In this document: positions 1 to 9,041 of the stretch, piece by piece | Position numbering within the stretch: the stretch's first letter is position 1 | Layout of the letters: the number at the start of each line of letters is the position of its first letter | Assembly: GCA_965224685.1 (NCBI GenBank) | Contig: CBDDAB010000016.1 | Coordinates: 6,426-70,425 of the forward strand | Origin: Verrucomicrobiales bacterium | GTDB taxonomy: Bacteria; Verrucomicrobiota; Verrucomicrobiia; Verrucomicrobiales; DEV007 | Direction of reading: 5' to 3' | Length of the DNA stretch: 64,000 bases | Made by a program: the position numbers and the translations under genes | The notes under the pieces: generated by a model | The model's database searches: none | Told to the model about the DNA's origin: nothing | What the model saw: only the letters and a program-made list of their open reading frames with translations

Positions 1-56
1 ACGGATTTGGTGCGGATGGGCCAAGTGAGGATTGGCTCGTCTCCCCTCCCTTTGAC

Positions 57-776
57 GTGGATTTCTGGGGAATGACCACGTTGTCGTTCGACTTTTATCA
101 GGCGTTCGACGGCCCGCCACTTGAGGTGCTGATTTCTGGGGATATCGATCCCGAGAACCCCGAAAGCCTAACATCCGCTTTCACCGCTCCGATTGAGATC
201 GACTTTGCAGCCATCGAGGAGCGCACTTGGACCCCCGTCCGCGTGGACCTGGCCGGCTTTGCCGGTCGCCAGTGTCGCTTGGCTTTCCGCTACGTGACGG
301 AAGGAACCGAGGGCGGACAGGGCAGGCGGATTGGGATCAATAACGTTCGCGTGCAATCCATTCTCCCGCCACAGCCCGCACCCGAGACCTACACTTTCGA
401 CGAATGGAAGGCCGTTAATGGTTACTTTAAAGCCGGGGATCCTCGAGGTGCCCTCGATCAAGATCCCGATGGTGATGGATTGACCAACAATGTTGAACAT
501 CGTTTTCTGTTAGATCCAACGAAAGTGGGCGGGCTGCAGAATCTCCCGCAAGTGAGCTTGCAAGAAGGCAAGCTTCTCATCCGATTCACGCGCATGCGTG
601 AGGAGGAACCGTGGACGGTTCAGTTGAGCGACGATCTTGAAACTTGGGTCAACGGTGTGGAGGGTCAAGATATTTCGACGACTGCTAGTGAGCAAGACGT
701 CCTGGGAGACGTCACGCAATTTGTGGAAGTGACAGTAATCGGCGACCACCCTTACGCCCGCCTGGTTCTTCCCTAG
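57..776 (+). CDS. C-terminal part of a secreted/cell-surface protein. It probably begins upstream of the window; the frame is open to position 1. It carries a thrombospondin-type-3-like calcium-binding motif DPDGDGLTNN.
   Basis: Long ORF with coding-like composition. The DxDxDG acidic loop is typical of Ca-binding type-3 repeats. There is no start context near 57. The C-terminus ARLVLP is not a PEP-CTERM sorting signal. Confidence 0.4.
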   Translation: MDFWGMTTLSFDFYQAFDGPPLEVLISGDIDPENPESLTSAFTAPIEIDFAAIEERTWTPVRVDLAGFAGRQCRLAFRYVTEGTEGGQGRRIGINNVRVQSILPPQPAPETYTFDEWKAVNGYFKAGDPRGALDQDPDGDGLTNNVEHRFLLDPTKVGGLQNLPQVSLQEGKLLIRFTRMREEEPWTVQLSDDLETWVNGVEGQDISTTASEQDVLGDVTQFVEVTVIGDHPYARLVLP

Positions 777-800
777 CGGGCGACCGGACGTGGTGGAATG

Positions 801-832
801 AAAAAAGGCGGGGTCGTTAGACCACCGCCTTT
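801..832 (-). terminator. Rho-independent terminator serving the minus-strand small lipoprotein gene.
   Basis: Perfect 8-bp inverted repeat aaaggcgg (804-811) / ccgccttt (825-832) with a 13-nt loop. On the minus strand the stem is followed by TTTTTT (reverse complement of 801-806). Confidence 0.5.
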
Positions 833-856
833 CGCTAATTGGTTACAATGCTAAAG

Positions 857-997
857 TTACTTAGCCGTGTAAGTGGTACCAGTGTCCAGAGCTGGAGCAG
901 GTACAGGAGCCACAGGCTCGGGAGCAGAACTGCAAGCTCCGAGAGCGAGAGCACCAATAGCAGTAGCCGCGAGGGCAATTACTTTGATCACTTTCAT
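857..997 (-). CDS. Small putative lipoprotein of 46 aa. It was missed by the ORF track because it is shorter than 60 aa.
   Basis: Hand translation of the reverse complement gives MKVIKVIALAATAIGALALGACSSAPEPVAPVPAPALDTGTTYTAK. This has a signal peptide and an LGAC lipobox. A minus-strand intrinsic terminator lies immediately downstream at 801-832. Confidence 0.4.
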   Translation of the reverse strand: MKVIKVIALAATAIGALALGACSSAPEPVAPVPAPALDTGTTYTAK

Positions 998-1436
998 ATC
1001 TTCTAAACGTAGTTACGGTAGGTTATTTGTGTAGAGAGACCCCAAAGAGCCTTCGTTGGCTATAAGTAGTCACTTGCCCAGAATTGCAATCACTAAATGG
1101 ATGGAACGAAGAGTGGCGGACTCTTTCCAATTCGTTGTAGGCATTCTCATGGTTAGGAAACCCGAAACAACTGCGAGGCGTGAGTCATATCAGACCTCGC
1201 CAGTGCTTCGGATAACTATGGATTCAAGGTCCACTACCTTTAGTCACATTGATACGAAAAGTCCGTAGCGGAACTGATGAAAGTTCCGGGGCGCGGTGTT
1301 CGAGCGCGGAGAAGTCTCACGACCTCTTCCTAACGATGGGGATCGCTCCACTCACAGAATCTGGAGAATTCTCCTTTCCTTTGAGTGAACCACCGTGAAA
1401 GTCTGCCGCTCGAAAGCACTCACCAATTTAGATTTT

Positions 1437-2444
1437 ATGGACAAACCAGTCGTTGCAGTTGTTGGAGCCACCGGTGCCGTCGGCCGGGAGATTCTTCTTT
1501 GCTTGGAACAACGTAAGACTCCCATCTCCAAGTTGGTCCTCCTCGCATCGGCCCGCTCAGCTGGTCGGAGACTACCCTTCGCCGGAGAAGAGATCGCTGT
1601 GGATGAACTCACGCACCATGCCTTCGATGGCGTCGATATCGCGCTCTTCAGCGCCGGATCGGGCATCTCCAAAGACTTCGGGCCCTCAGCAGCGAAAGCG
1701 GGTGCCAAGGTGATTGATAACTCCTCGGCCTTCCGCATGGAACCGGATGTGCCGCTGGTGATCCCGGAGATCAATCCTAACGATGCACTCGAAGCGCCGC
1801 GGGGATTGATTGCCAATCCTAACTGCACCACCATCGTCACTCTCATGGCGCTGCACCCCTTGCATCAGACCTTCGGCGGGGTGCAATCACTGGTTGCCTC
1901 AAGTTACCAGGCTGTTTCAGGAAGCGGCGCTCAAGGCATTGCCGAGCTGGAGAATCAAACGCTCGCCTATGCCAAGAACGAACCCATCGTTCCCAAAGTT
2001 TATCCCCGGCAAATCGCCTTCAACGTCATTCCTCAGGTCGAACCCATCCTGGAAAATGGCTACACCAAGGAGGAAATGAAGATGCAGAATGAAACGCGCA
2101 AGATCCTGCATGCAGACAATGTCAGGGCATCTGCCACCTGTGTGCGCGTGCCGGTTTTCCGGTCGCACTCCGTTTCCGTGACCGCGCAGTTTGCGAATAG
2201 GCCCAACGTCGATGCGGCGCGCGCCGCAATCGACAACGCTCCGGGGATCCAGCTCATGGATGATCGTGAGGCCCCACATTATCCCACGCCGCTCGATGCC
2301 TCCGACGGAGACGATTGCTACATTGGGCGGATCCGTGAGGACCTCGCGCTCGAACGCGCACTCGCCTTCTGGGTCGTCGGCGATCAAGTGCGCAAGGGCG
2401 CCGCCCTCAATGCCGTGCAAATCGCTGAGCTCTTCATCGCCTAA
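1437..2444 (+). CDS. asd: Aspartate-semialdehyde dehydrogenase.
   Basis: N-terminal Rossmann motif VVAVVGATGAVGRE, catalytic-cysteine region NPNCTTI and overall Asd-like length. The start is taken at MDKPVVAVVG (internal Met of the 1395 ORF) on the basis of Asd N-terminus conservation. Confidence 0.9.
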   Translation: MDKPVVAVVGATGAVGREILLCLEQRKTPISKLVLLASARSAGRRLPFAGEEIAVDELTHHAFDGVDIALFSAGSGISKDFGPSAAKAGAKVIDNSSAFRMEPDVPLVIPEINPNDALEAPRGLIANPNCTTIVTLMALHPLHQTFGGVQSLVASSYQAVSGSGAQGIAELENQTLAYAKNEPIVPKVYPRQIAFNVIPQVEPILENGYTKEEMKMQNETRKILHADNVRASATCVRVPVFRSHSVSVTAQFANRPNVDAARAAIDNAPGIQLMDDREAPHYPTPLDASDGDDCYIGRIREDLALERALAFWVVGDQVRKGAALNAVQIAELFIA

Positions 2445-2462
2445 CTAACTAGCAGACGCATC

Positions 2463-3347
2463 ATGAGCGATCTCAAAGGGTACCTCCGTCAACAAGCTCG
2501 CCGCGTGGATGACGCCTTGAAAGCTTCCTTGCCCAAGGGCAATGTCAGGCCCGCCACCTTGCACAAAGCCATGCGCTACAGCGTCTTTGCCGGCGGCAAG
2601 CGTCTGCGCCCCATCCTCACCCTCGCCGCCTGCGAAGCGTGTGGGGGTGATCCGGAGAAGGCCCTTCCCCTCGCTTGTGCTGTCGAGTGCCTCCACACCT
2701 ACTCGCTCATCCATGATGATCTCCCCAGCATGGATGACGATGATCTTCGCCGCGGCCAGCCCACGTGTCACAAAGTTTATGGCGAAGCGGTCGCCGTGTT
2801 GGCGGGCGATGCTCTCCAGGCCTTTAGTTTTGAACTGGTCTCAAGAGCTCAGGAAACGCGCCGCTACCCCATACGCACTTTGTTAGAAGAAATGGCCAAT
2901 GTCGCCGGCAGCCACGCGCTGATCGCCGGCCAAGTCATGGATATGGAGGGAGAAGGCAAGAAACTCACCAAGTCACAAGTCGTCGCCATCCACGAACGAA
3001 AGACCGCTGCCCTCCTAACGACTTCCCTGCGCTTCGGTGCTATGAGCGCCAACGCGCCGGAGGTCAAGCTTGACGCCATCACCCGCTTCGGCCACGCCCT
3101 GGGTCTCGCTTTTCAAGTCATCGACGACATCCTCGACGTCACCCAAACGTCAGAGAAACTCGGCAAAAGCGCGGGCAAAGACGTCGCCGTCGACAAATCC
3201 ACCTTCCCCGCCCTCATCGGCCTCGACCGCTCCCGCAAAGAAGCCGCCCGCCTCACGAGGCAAGCGCACCTTGCCCTGAACGAACTCGGGCCCCGCAAAG
3301 CCCGGCTCAAGGAAATCGCGGATTATCTTCTTAAACGGGATTATTGA
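2463..3347 (+). CDS. ispA: Short-chain (E)-polyprenyl diphosphate synthase (FPP/GGPP synthase family).
   Basis: First aspartate-rich motif LIHDDLPSMDDDDLRRG and second motif FQVIDDILD. Length is 294 aa. Chain-length specificity (FPP versus GGPP) cannot be decided from sequence alone. Confidence 0.8.
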   Translation: MSDLKGYLRQQARRVDDALKASLPKGNVRPATLHKAMRYSVFAGGKRLRPILTLAACEACGGDPEKALPLACAVECLHTYSLIHDDLPSMDDDDLRRGQPTCHKVYGEAVAVLAGDALQAFSFELVSRAQETRRYPIRTLLEEMANVAGSHALIAGQVMDMEGEGKKLTKSQVVAIHERKTAALLTTSLRFGAMSANAPEVKLDAITRFGHALGLAFQVIDDILDVTQTSEKLGKSAGKDVAVDKSTFPALIGLDRSRKEAARLTRQAHLALNELGPRKARLKEIADYLLKRDY

Positions 3348-4009
3348 AGGAAAGCCTCCCCTTGAAGGAGGATGGCGCAGAATTTAGGTGCCTCTGGGAT
3401 CTGCGTTTGACGTCGTCGCAGATCAAGGAGCCGTAGCGTCTCGCCGCAAGTAGCCCCAGACGCGGAGGGACCCCGCGATTCATTAACTCGTCAACAACGG
3501 TAGAACGGTATATCTCCGCTTGTTTTCGTGCTATTCCCCAGTAGGACGGCCATTTCTTACCATCCGAATGCGGGTCGCGGAAGGATTTTCATGAAATTAG
3601 GGCCGCATCATTCTTTCTAAGGAACGCCCTTTAAGTCTTCTGCGTAGTCTACTCAACTAGGAGGACCTTGGAAAAATTGAAATAATACGGATGATTTGTC
3701 GGATCTTCCTCGGCGCATGACGCTTCTCTTAAAACACCCGCATACTAAGATCATTGCAGCCCTGCCTATGAATAGACCCGTTAACTCATCGGACTCTGGC
3801 TCCAGTCAATAATTCTCCCTCTCACCCCAAAGACCGGACATGACTCTGTTCTCTATTAGACACCACAGCCACCTAAAGGAAATGGCTTCTCTATCCAACT
3901 CCTGATCATTCTCAAGAGTTTTCGCTACACGTTGGCCTCGGCATAGCAATTAGAATCGATCACCCTGTATCTCCAACTAAGAGATCACCAGTGCTGTTCA
4001 TTTTAACCA

Positions 4010-4585
4010 ATGTTTAACAAAAACAACAGACCGAAAAAGGACCATTACCTCAATGGGGTATTTCCAATCGAGTTTCACCGAGAATGGTTCACACTTTTGA
4101 AATTCCGGCAGAGAAGTGTGTATTTCGATGCTGTGCAAGATCTCCGGTCTTCTAGCGGTGATAGTACAGCAGACAAATTTGATGAATTAGCAGATCATTA
4201 TCTTCTCAAATTTGGAAAAATCTCTATCGCCACTGTAAGGATCAACCTTGCTAAACGGGGCGAAATGGATTGCGAATCTTATTATCGCACTGTGCTTGAT
4301 AACAGCAAAAGAAATGAAATTGCGTCCGCTTCACGATTAGTGAGGAATCCCAAGGAGCCCGCAAATTTCATGCTTATGCGACGCTTTTTGTCAGTAGTTA
4401 GGGCAGATCAGGCCGCGTCTGGCATTCGGACTGAGATTATCAACGTACAATCCCATATGCTAAAATACTACGAGTATATGGGATATCGAGAGGTTAAAGG
4501 AGTTCACTTCCGCCATCCAAGACTTCGAACTGAGAGTATCGTAATGATTCGTAGAGCAGAGAATGTGAAGAACCATTGTATCTGA
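4010..4585 (+). CDS. Hypothetical protein in a low-GC island. Possibly a GNAT-fold acyltransferase of the autoinducer-synthase / N-acyl-amino-acid-synthase-like type.
   Basis: 191-aa ORF in a ~42% GC segment flanked by ~58% GC genes. Its size and C-terminal region (HMLKYYEYMGYREV) are reminiscent of LuxI/FeeM-like acyltransferases. This is inference only; there is no canonical acetyl-CoA P-loop. Confidence 0.25.
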   Translation: MFNKNNRPKKDHYLNGVFPIEFHREWFTLLKFRQRSVYFDAVQDLRSSSGDSTADKFDELADHYLLKFGKISIATVRINLAKRGEMDCESYYRTVLDNSKRNEIASASRLVRNPKEPANFMLMRRFLSVVRADQAASGIRTEIINVQSHMLKYYEYMGYREVKGVHFRHPRLRTESIVMIRRAENVKNHCI

Positions 4586-4608
4586 ATGTTCGTTAATTAA
4601 TTACAAAG

Positions 4609-5499
4609 ATGCAAAGAATCGCCAGAGGTTCCATTCTATCCTACTCGGCCGGATCCGGAGCAAGTGATCCGGCGAAGTTTCGAATTGTTCAGAATCGAAT
4701 TCATCTAGGTAATGCGGGAGAACTGTTTCCAAACCTGCAAGTAAGGGAGGAGACAACACCGCTCTTTATCAATGCCTATCCTGCAAGTTTTGGATCGTTT
4801 GACGAAGGCATATTTGTTGATACGTACCTTCGAAGATCGCATTTTTCCCGTGCGCTTGAGCTGGCCGGAATGAGACGATCGACAGCTATTTTGATGGCTC
4901 AGCCCCTCGTAGCATGGTCGTTTTTGAGATTTGCCTTAAAGAAAGGTTTGTCAAATAAGCCTAAAGCATTGATTGTGGCGATCGGTGGCTATTGGTGTCC
5001 GTTGTCTCTCGAGTGCGCCTTGAGGAAAGTTGCAAGCCAACTAGCGGATCGAATCGAGGTGATTCATGCGTATGGAACTGCCGAACTGGACTATGGGTGT
5101 TTGATGGGATGTTCGCGTGACGCATTCGGAAGAGTCCTCTATAAGCTTGCGGTTGATGAGCGATTCTGTAGAAGAATTGAGGGCAAATTGCAATTTGTCA
5201 CAGAATGTCAGGAACTGATTGATACAGGCGATGAGATTGAGATTATCGGAAAGGATGAATTTGTTGTGCAGGCTGGAAAAGAGCGGCTTTGCCCTGAGGT
5301 CGCCAGTTTGCTTGAAAGTTGGACGCTAAAGGAATGGGATCGCTACACGGGATATCTGAGAATGACTTCTAGATACTGTTGGAAGCAGGTTCACAAAGAT
5401 GTTGTTGAGAAGAACGAGGATCTGGCTTTCTATGAATTTTGTCATCGATTTGGTATGGACTATTCATGTAAGCCTGATTGGAAGCTGATGGATTGTTAG
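4609..5499 (+). CDS. Hypothetical protein, possibly a diverged adenylate-forming enzyme of the PaaK/LuxE/CapK-like class.
   Basis: N-terminal SYSAGSGASDP resembles the Ser/Gly-rich AMP-binding loop of PaaK/LuxE-type acyl-adenylate enzymes. It is shorter than typical members. It lies in the low-GC island directly after the 4010 ORF with a 23-bp gap. Confidence 0.25.
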   Translation: MQRIARGSILSYSAGSGASDPAKFRIVQNRIHLGNAGELFPNLQVREETTPLFINAYPASFGSFDEGIFVDTYLRRSHFSRALELAGMRRSTAILMAQPLVAWSFLRFALKKGLSNKPKALIVAIGGYWCPLSLECALRKVASQLADRIEVIHAYGTAELDYGCLMGCSRDAFGRVLYKLAVDERFCRRIEGKLQFVTECQELIDTGDEIEIIGKDEFVVQAGKERLCPEVASLLESWTLKEWDRYTGYLRMTSRYCWKQVHKDVVEKNEDLAFYEFCHRFGMDYSCKPDWKLMDC

Positions 5500-5550
5500 T
5501 GGCGAGGATTAATGAGAGTTGATGGGTTCAAGTATAAATAAAAGAAATCG

Positions 5551-7650
5551 ATGCCAAGCAAAGACGATTATAGTGCCGGATCCCCTGCCAACGATTTTGA
5601 GAGTGCTGACTTAGCAGCGTCCTGCCAAAATGAGTTCGCGCTTCCAGATCTGATTGCTCGCTACGGCAGACTAATTTTTTATATTGCCCGGCGACAAGGA
5701 GCCAATGAAGTGCTGGCCCAAGAGATTGTGCAGAATGTCTTTCTCATATATATTAAGAAAAACGGTAGCGTTCCCTTGCGCGATCTTGCTGCGTGGTTTC
5801 ACCGCACCGCATTGCTGGAGTCGAAGAATCTTGTGCGAAAAGAGCAACGGTATCGCGATAAATTGGAACGATTTAGCGATTTCGTGGAATCGGATGTAGG
5901 TAATCTGCCTGCGAGACCTGATGCTGCTGGAGATCAGCTAGGTATCGATGATCAACTAGATGAAGCCTTGAATTCACTGTCGACGAGAGATCGAGAGGTG
6001 GTGATGATGCGTTTCTTTGAGGGTTTGTCGTACAAGGAGATCGGGGGCTGCGTGAACGCGTCAGCGGATTCATGCCAGAAACGCTTGAGCCGAGCGCTGG
6101 GGCGTATGCGAGATGTTCTAACCCCTACTTCGGGTGCGATTATCTTGACGGGAGGAACTCTAGCCAACTCGTTGGATCGTTGCTTTGGCCGTACATTAAC
6201 GGCTGATCAGCTAGACAATGTGATTGCTGGTGTGCTGGCGAATCGATCCTTGGCAGGAACACCACCAGGTGGAGCGTGGGGATCGGTCGGGCCTCTCATT
6301 ACTCTTGCAATTCTGTCGCTGACGTTCGCTTTCCAGGTCTGGGTATATCATGAGAAGAGAAGTGTGGATTCCGCCAGCATTGACTTCGAGGGGCCTAGTC
6401 TTTTGCCCAGCAATAGAACAGTCTCAGATCGTCTATTGCTAGACAGGCTGCAAAGTGCGGTAAAGGCATTTGAGGCGTCCCCTTACCTGTCGAGCAAATT
6501 GTTGGATATTGTTTCAATTGCTAATCAATTGCCATCACCTTTGATGGATGATGCGTATTCGATTCTCTATAGTTCAAGGATAGCATGGAATGATCCCGTC
6601 ATCCCCTTCATATTGGGAAGGCATTGGGCATCTCAAGATTTAGATGGGGTCTTGATAAAAACGGGCCCTAATCTGCACCGGATAGAAGAATTCCTTACAG
6701 GCGTCTTTTCCTGGTGGATTTGTGTTGAACCGTTGGAGGCCTACGGTGCGCTTTCCAAATTGCCTTTATCTCAAAGAATCGTTCGAGCAGTGAAAAGCAA
6801 CTTGATGGAACATCTTGTGCGAGCAGATCTCAATGCAGCGCGGGAAGTTACCGAAGTGTTTCGAGAGTACCCGCACGCCGTAGGAGACTATTGGTCGAAA
6901 ACCGATCCGGATGCCGCGGTGGAGTGGATGATCCAGTTCTTTGAAGATGATCTCATTTCTATTGAAAGTTTTCAGTGGCCTCTCCTTCGAATGATCGAAT
7001 CCGGAAAATACGAACGGACCATTGTCCACGCCGCGAAACTGGGAGGTAGCCACGAAGTATCCAACTATGTTGGAAATGCCTATGCAGGATGGATCAAGAG
7101 CGATCCAGAGAAAGCGTTATACCACTATTTGAATGAATTGCCAGATCGCATTCGGGCTAATGATGGTCATGTCGCAGAGGTTATTGGATGGGCGATGACG
7201 GTCCAGGACATTGAAGGCGCCATTCCGGAGCTTCGGGATCGTTATTTGCTAGGAAGGCATCATGCCTTAATAAAAGCGATGCGATGGGAAGAATCAATGG
7301 AAACGTTTTCGCTGATCACCGGAGAGCAGGAGGCGGCAAGCGCTGCTATCACCACAGTTCGCCATGGCAAGGCACATGAGCCAGAGAAGTTGTATGATTG
7401 GATCATGATGCTTGAAGAATCTGACTTGCGGGACAGGCTCTTGTCTACATTTTGCACATCAAAACCATATGAACCTGTTGAAGAGAATTTAGAGCTAACA
7501 TTCCAAATTAACGATCTTGAGATTCGGAGGAACGCCTCCCGGACGCTCTTCCATTACTGGTACGATTCTGATCCGAGTGCGGCTCGCACCTGGTTAAGGA
7601 ATATCCGCGAAGAAGGCGAAGATCCAGGTAACGTTTTTGTCGGTTTTTGA
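5551..7650 (+). CDS. ECF-type sigma-70 factor fused to a transmembrane segment and a ~450-aa C-terminal helical-repeat domain.
   Basis: The N-terminal ~190 aa carry sigma-70 region 2 (EIVQNVFLIYIKK) and region 4 (EVVMMRFFEGLSYKEIGG...QKRLSRALGRMR). A single hydrophobic helix follows (GPLITLAILSLTFAFQVWVY), then HEAT/ARM-like repeats. Confidence 0.7.
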   Translation: MPSKDDYSAGSPANDFESADLAASCQNEFALPDLIARYGRLIFYIARRQGANEVLAQEIVQNVFLIYIKKNGSVPLRDLAAWFHRTALLESKNLVRKEQRYRDKLERFSDFVESDVGNLPARPDAAGDQLGIDDQLDEALNSLSTRDREVVMMRFFEGLSYKEIGGCVNASADSCQKRLSRALGRMRDVLTPTSGAIILTGGTLANSLDRCFGRTLTADQLDNVIAGVLANRSLAGTPPGGAWGSVGPLITLAILSLTFAFQVWVYHEKRSVDSASIDFEGPSLLPSNRTVSDRLLLDRLQSAVKAFEASPYLSSKLLDIVSIANQLPSPLMDDAYSILYSSRIAWNDPVIPFILGRHWASQDLDGVLIKTGPNLHRIEEFLTGVFSWWICVEPLEAYGALSKLPLSQRIVRAVKSNLMEHLVRADLNAAREVTEVFREYPHAVGDYWSKTDPDAAVEWMIQFFEDDLISIESFQWPLLRMIESGKYERTIVHAAKLGGSHEVSNYVGNAYAGWIKSDPEKALYHYLNELPDRIRANDGHVAEVIGWAMTVQDIEGAIPELRDRYLLGRHHALIKAMRWEESMETFSLITGEQEAASAAITTVRHGKAHEPEKLYDWIMMLEESDLRDRLLSTFCTSKPYEPVEENLELTFQINDLEIRRNASRTLFHYWYDSDPSAARTWLRNIREEGEDPGNVFVGF

Positions 7651-7690
7651 GGTGCCTGGTCCTTTTTGAGGAACAACGAAATACCTAACG

Positions 7691-8917
7691 ATGTCGATCT
7701 GCAAAAAAAGTATGAACGGATTCATTTGGGTAGGATGTGCCGCAATGTTGCTGGCCAATGTTTGGATGTATTTAAGCCTCCGAAAAGAGTCGTCATACAA
7801 CGGAGAGTTCAAGAGAATGCAACGTAAAGATGGCGGGGTTGGTTTCTCATTACAATCTTCTCGACAGAAGCAGCGCGCAGGAAATGAAAAGGATCACGAT
7901 CCGTACAATTTTATTACAGATGTCGCAGAACGAGCGTTTGCATCACCGGACAATCAGTCCCTCACTTGGCGAGAACTTCAAGCTAAGCTTGTTTCCCTTG
8001 AAGTCAGTTCTGCTTGGGATCATTCCCTGAACCTATTGAGTGAACATATTACGCAATCTTTTTTTGAACGCTGGGCTGCAGTTCATTTAGAGGAAACCAT
8101 CCCTGAAGTTGATTCGATGAGGCAGCACCGATTCCGTCAAGCGGCTAGGCGGGGTGTGATTACCCAACTAGCTCATCAAGACGCTGCGGGAGCATTGGAA
8201 ACTGTCATCAAAGAAATATCCACTGGTAGGGCGGCACATTTTGCGATCGACTTGGTTTCTAGGTTCGATGCAAAGTTGGCGCTTGATTTGGCAATCAAAT
8301 ACAAGGAGCAAGTGAAGGATGATTTGGTAAGAACGGCGATCGATGCGTGTATAGTTTTCGATCATGAAGCGGTTCTTGCCTGTATTGATGATTTGAACAT
8401 TCCTCAGTACCGCACGTCAGCGTTGGCTGTTCTAGTTTTGCACGATCGAGAGCTTGCATTGAATCTAGCCCACCGCTTCGATGTTTATTGTGCTGTTCTT
8501 GGTTACTATGCGGTTGACGATTTTGAAGCCGCAATCAAAGCACTCATAGCTCACATAAACGATCTTGCGGACAGTGAGAAAATTGCGGCGGTTAATGATT
8601 TTGTGGATTCCCATCGCCCCCACCCTAAGGAATTTCGTTCGGATCTCGACCTAGATCAAGCATATCGCTTGGTTTCGAGGTTGCCAACTTGTAAGGGCCG
8701 TGATGGTCTATGTTCATGGTTAAGCGGCATATCGCACAGCTTGGTGGAAGGATTGAGGTTCTACGAGCTTGTGGTTGATCCAATACACAAAACCGAGATA
8801 GGGGTGCAGTTGTTAGATAGCTGGGGAACAGAAGGTTTGCCGTCAGAGATGTTACCACTCAAATCGATATACGAGGCTGAACGAGATGTTACCACTCAAA
8901 CCGATATGCGAGGCTGA
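7691..8917 (+). CDS. Membrane-anchored helical-repeat protein, related to the C-terminal domain of the upstream sigma-fusion protein.
   Basis: N-terminal TM helix (FIWVGCAAMLLANVWMYL) followed by an alpha-helical repeat region. It starts 40 bp after the sigma-fusion gene on the same strand. The last codons lie in a 37-bp tandem duplication. Confidence 0.5.
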   Translation: MSICKKSMNGFIWVGCAAMLLANVWMYLSLRKESSYNGEFKRMQRKDGGVGFSLQSSRQKQRAGNEKDHDPYNFITDVAERAFASPDNQSLTWRELQAKLVSLEVSSAWDHSLNLLSEHITQSFFERWAAVHLEETIPEVDSMRQHRFRQAARRGVITQLAHQDAAGALETVIKEISTGRAAHFAIDLVSRFDAKLALDLAIKYKEQVKDDLVRTAIDACIVFDHEAVLACIDDLNIPQYRTSALAVLVLHDRELALNLAHRFDVYCAVLGYYAVDDFEAAIKALIAHINDLADSEKIAAVNDFVDSHRPHPKEFRSDLDLDQAYRLVSRLPTCKGRDGLCSWLSGISHSLVEGLRFYELVVDPIHKTEIGVQLLDSWGTEGLPSEMLPLKSIYEAERDVTTQTDMRG

Positions 8918-8920
8918 ACG
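8847..8920. repeat. Tandem direct duplication of two 37-bp units.
   Basis: agatgttaccactcaaatcgatatacgaggctgaacg (8847-8883) is followed by agatgttaccactcaaaccgatatgcgaggctgaacg (8884-8920), with 2 mismatches. The second unit supplies the stop codon of the 7691 gene in a shifted frame. Confidence 0.85.
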
Positions 8921-9041
8921 GAATTTCTACGATTGAAGATGTTGTTTATTGGCAACGCGATCTGCGTGCTTGCGCTTAGGGTAGGAATAGCTTCCCGAAA
9001 TGACTTGCCGATCCGCAGGCTGAAACCAGAATGCGGGCCAC

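Noticed and set aside
57-776. PEP-CTERM or other sorting signal at the C-terminus of the first ORF.
   Set aside because: The C-terminus (...DHPYARLVLP) lacks a PEP motif, TM helix and basic tail.
1056-1268. 70-aa plus-strand ORF between the small lipoprotein gene and asd.
   Set aside because: It has no start context, an odd composition, and lies in the likely promoter/5'UTR region of asd.
3350-4009. Searched for a tRNA or other small RNA gene in this and the other large intergenic gaps (25240-25530, 40620-40780, 47234-47340, 52268-52474).
   Set aside because: No cloverleaf-compatible sequence with a TTCGAATC-type T-loop plus acceptor stem was found by eye. It cannot be excluded without tRNAscan or Infernal.
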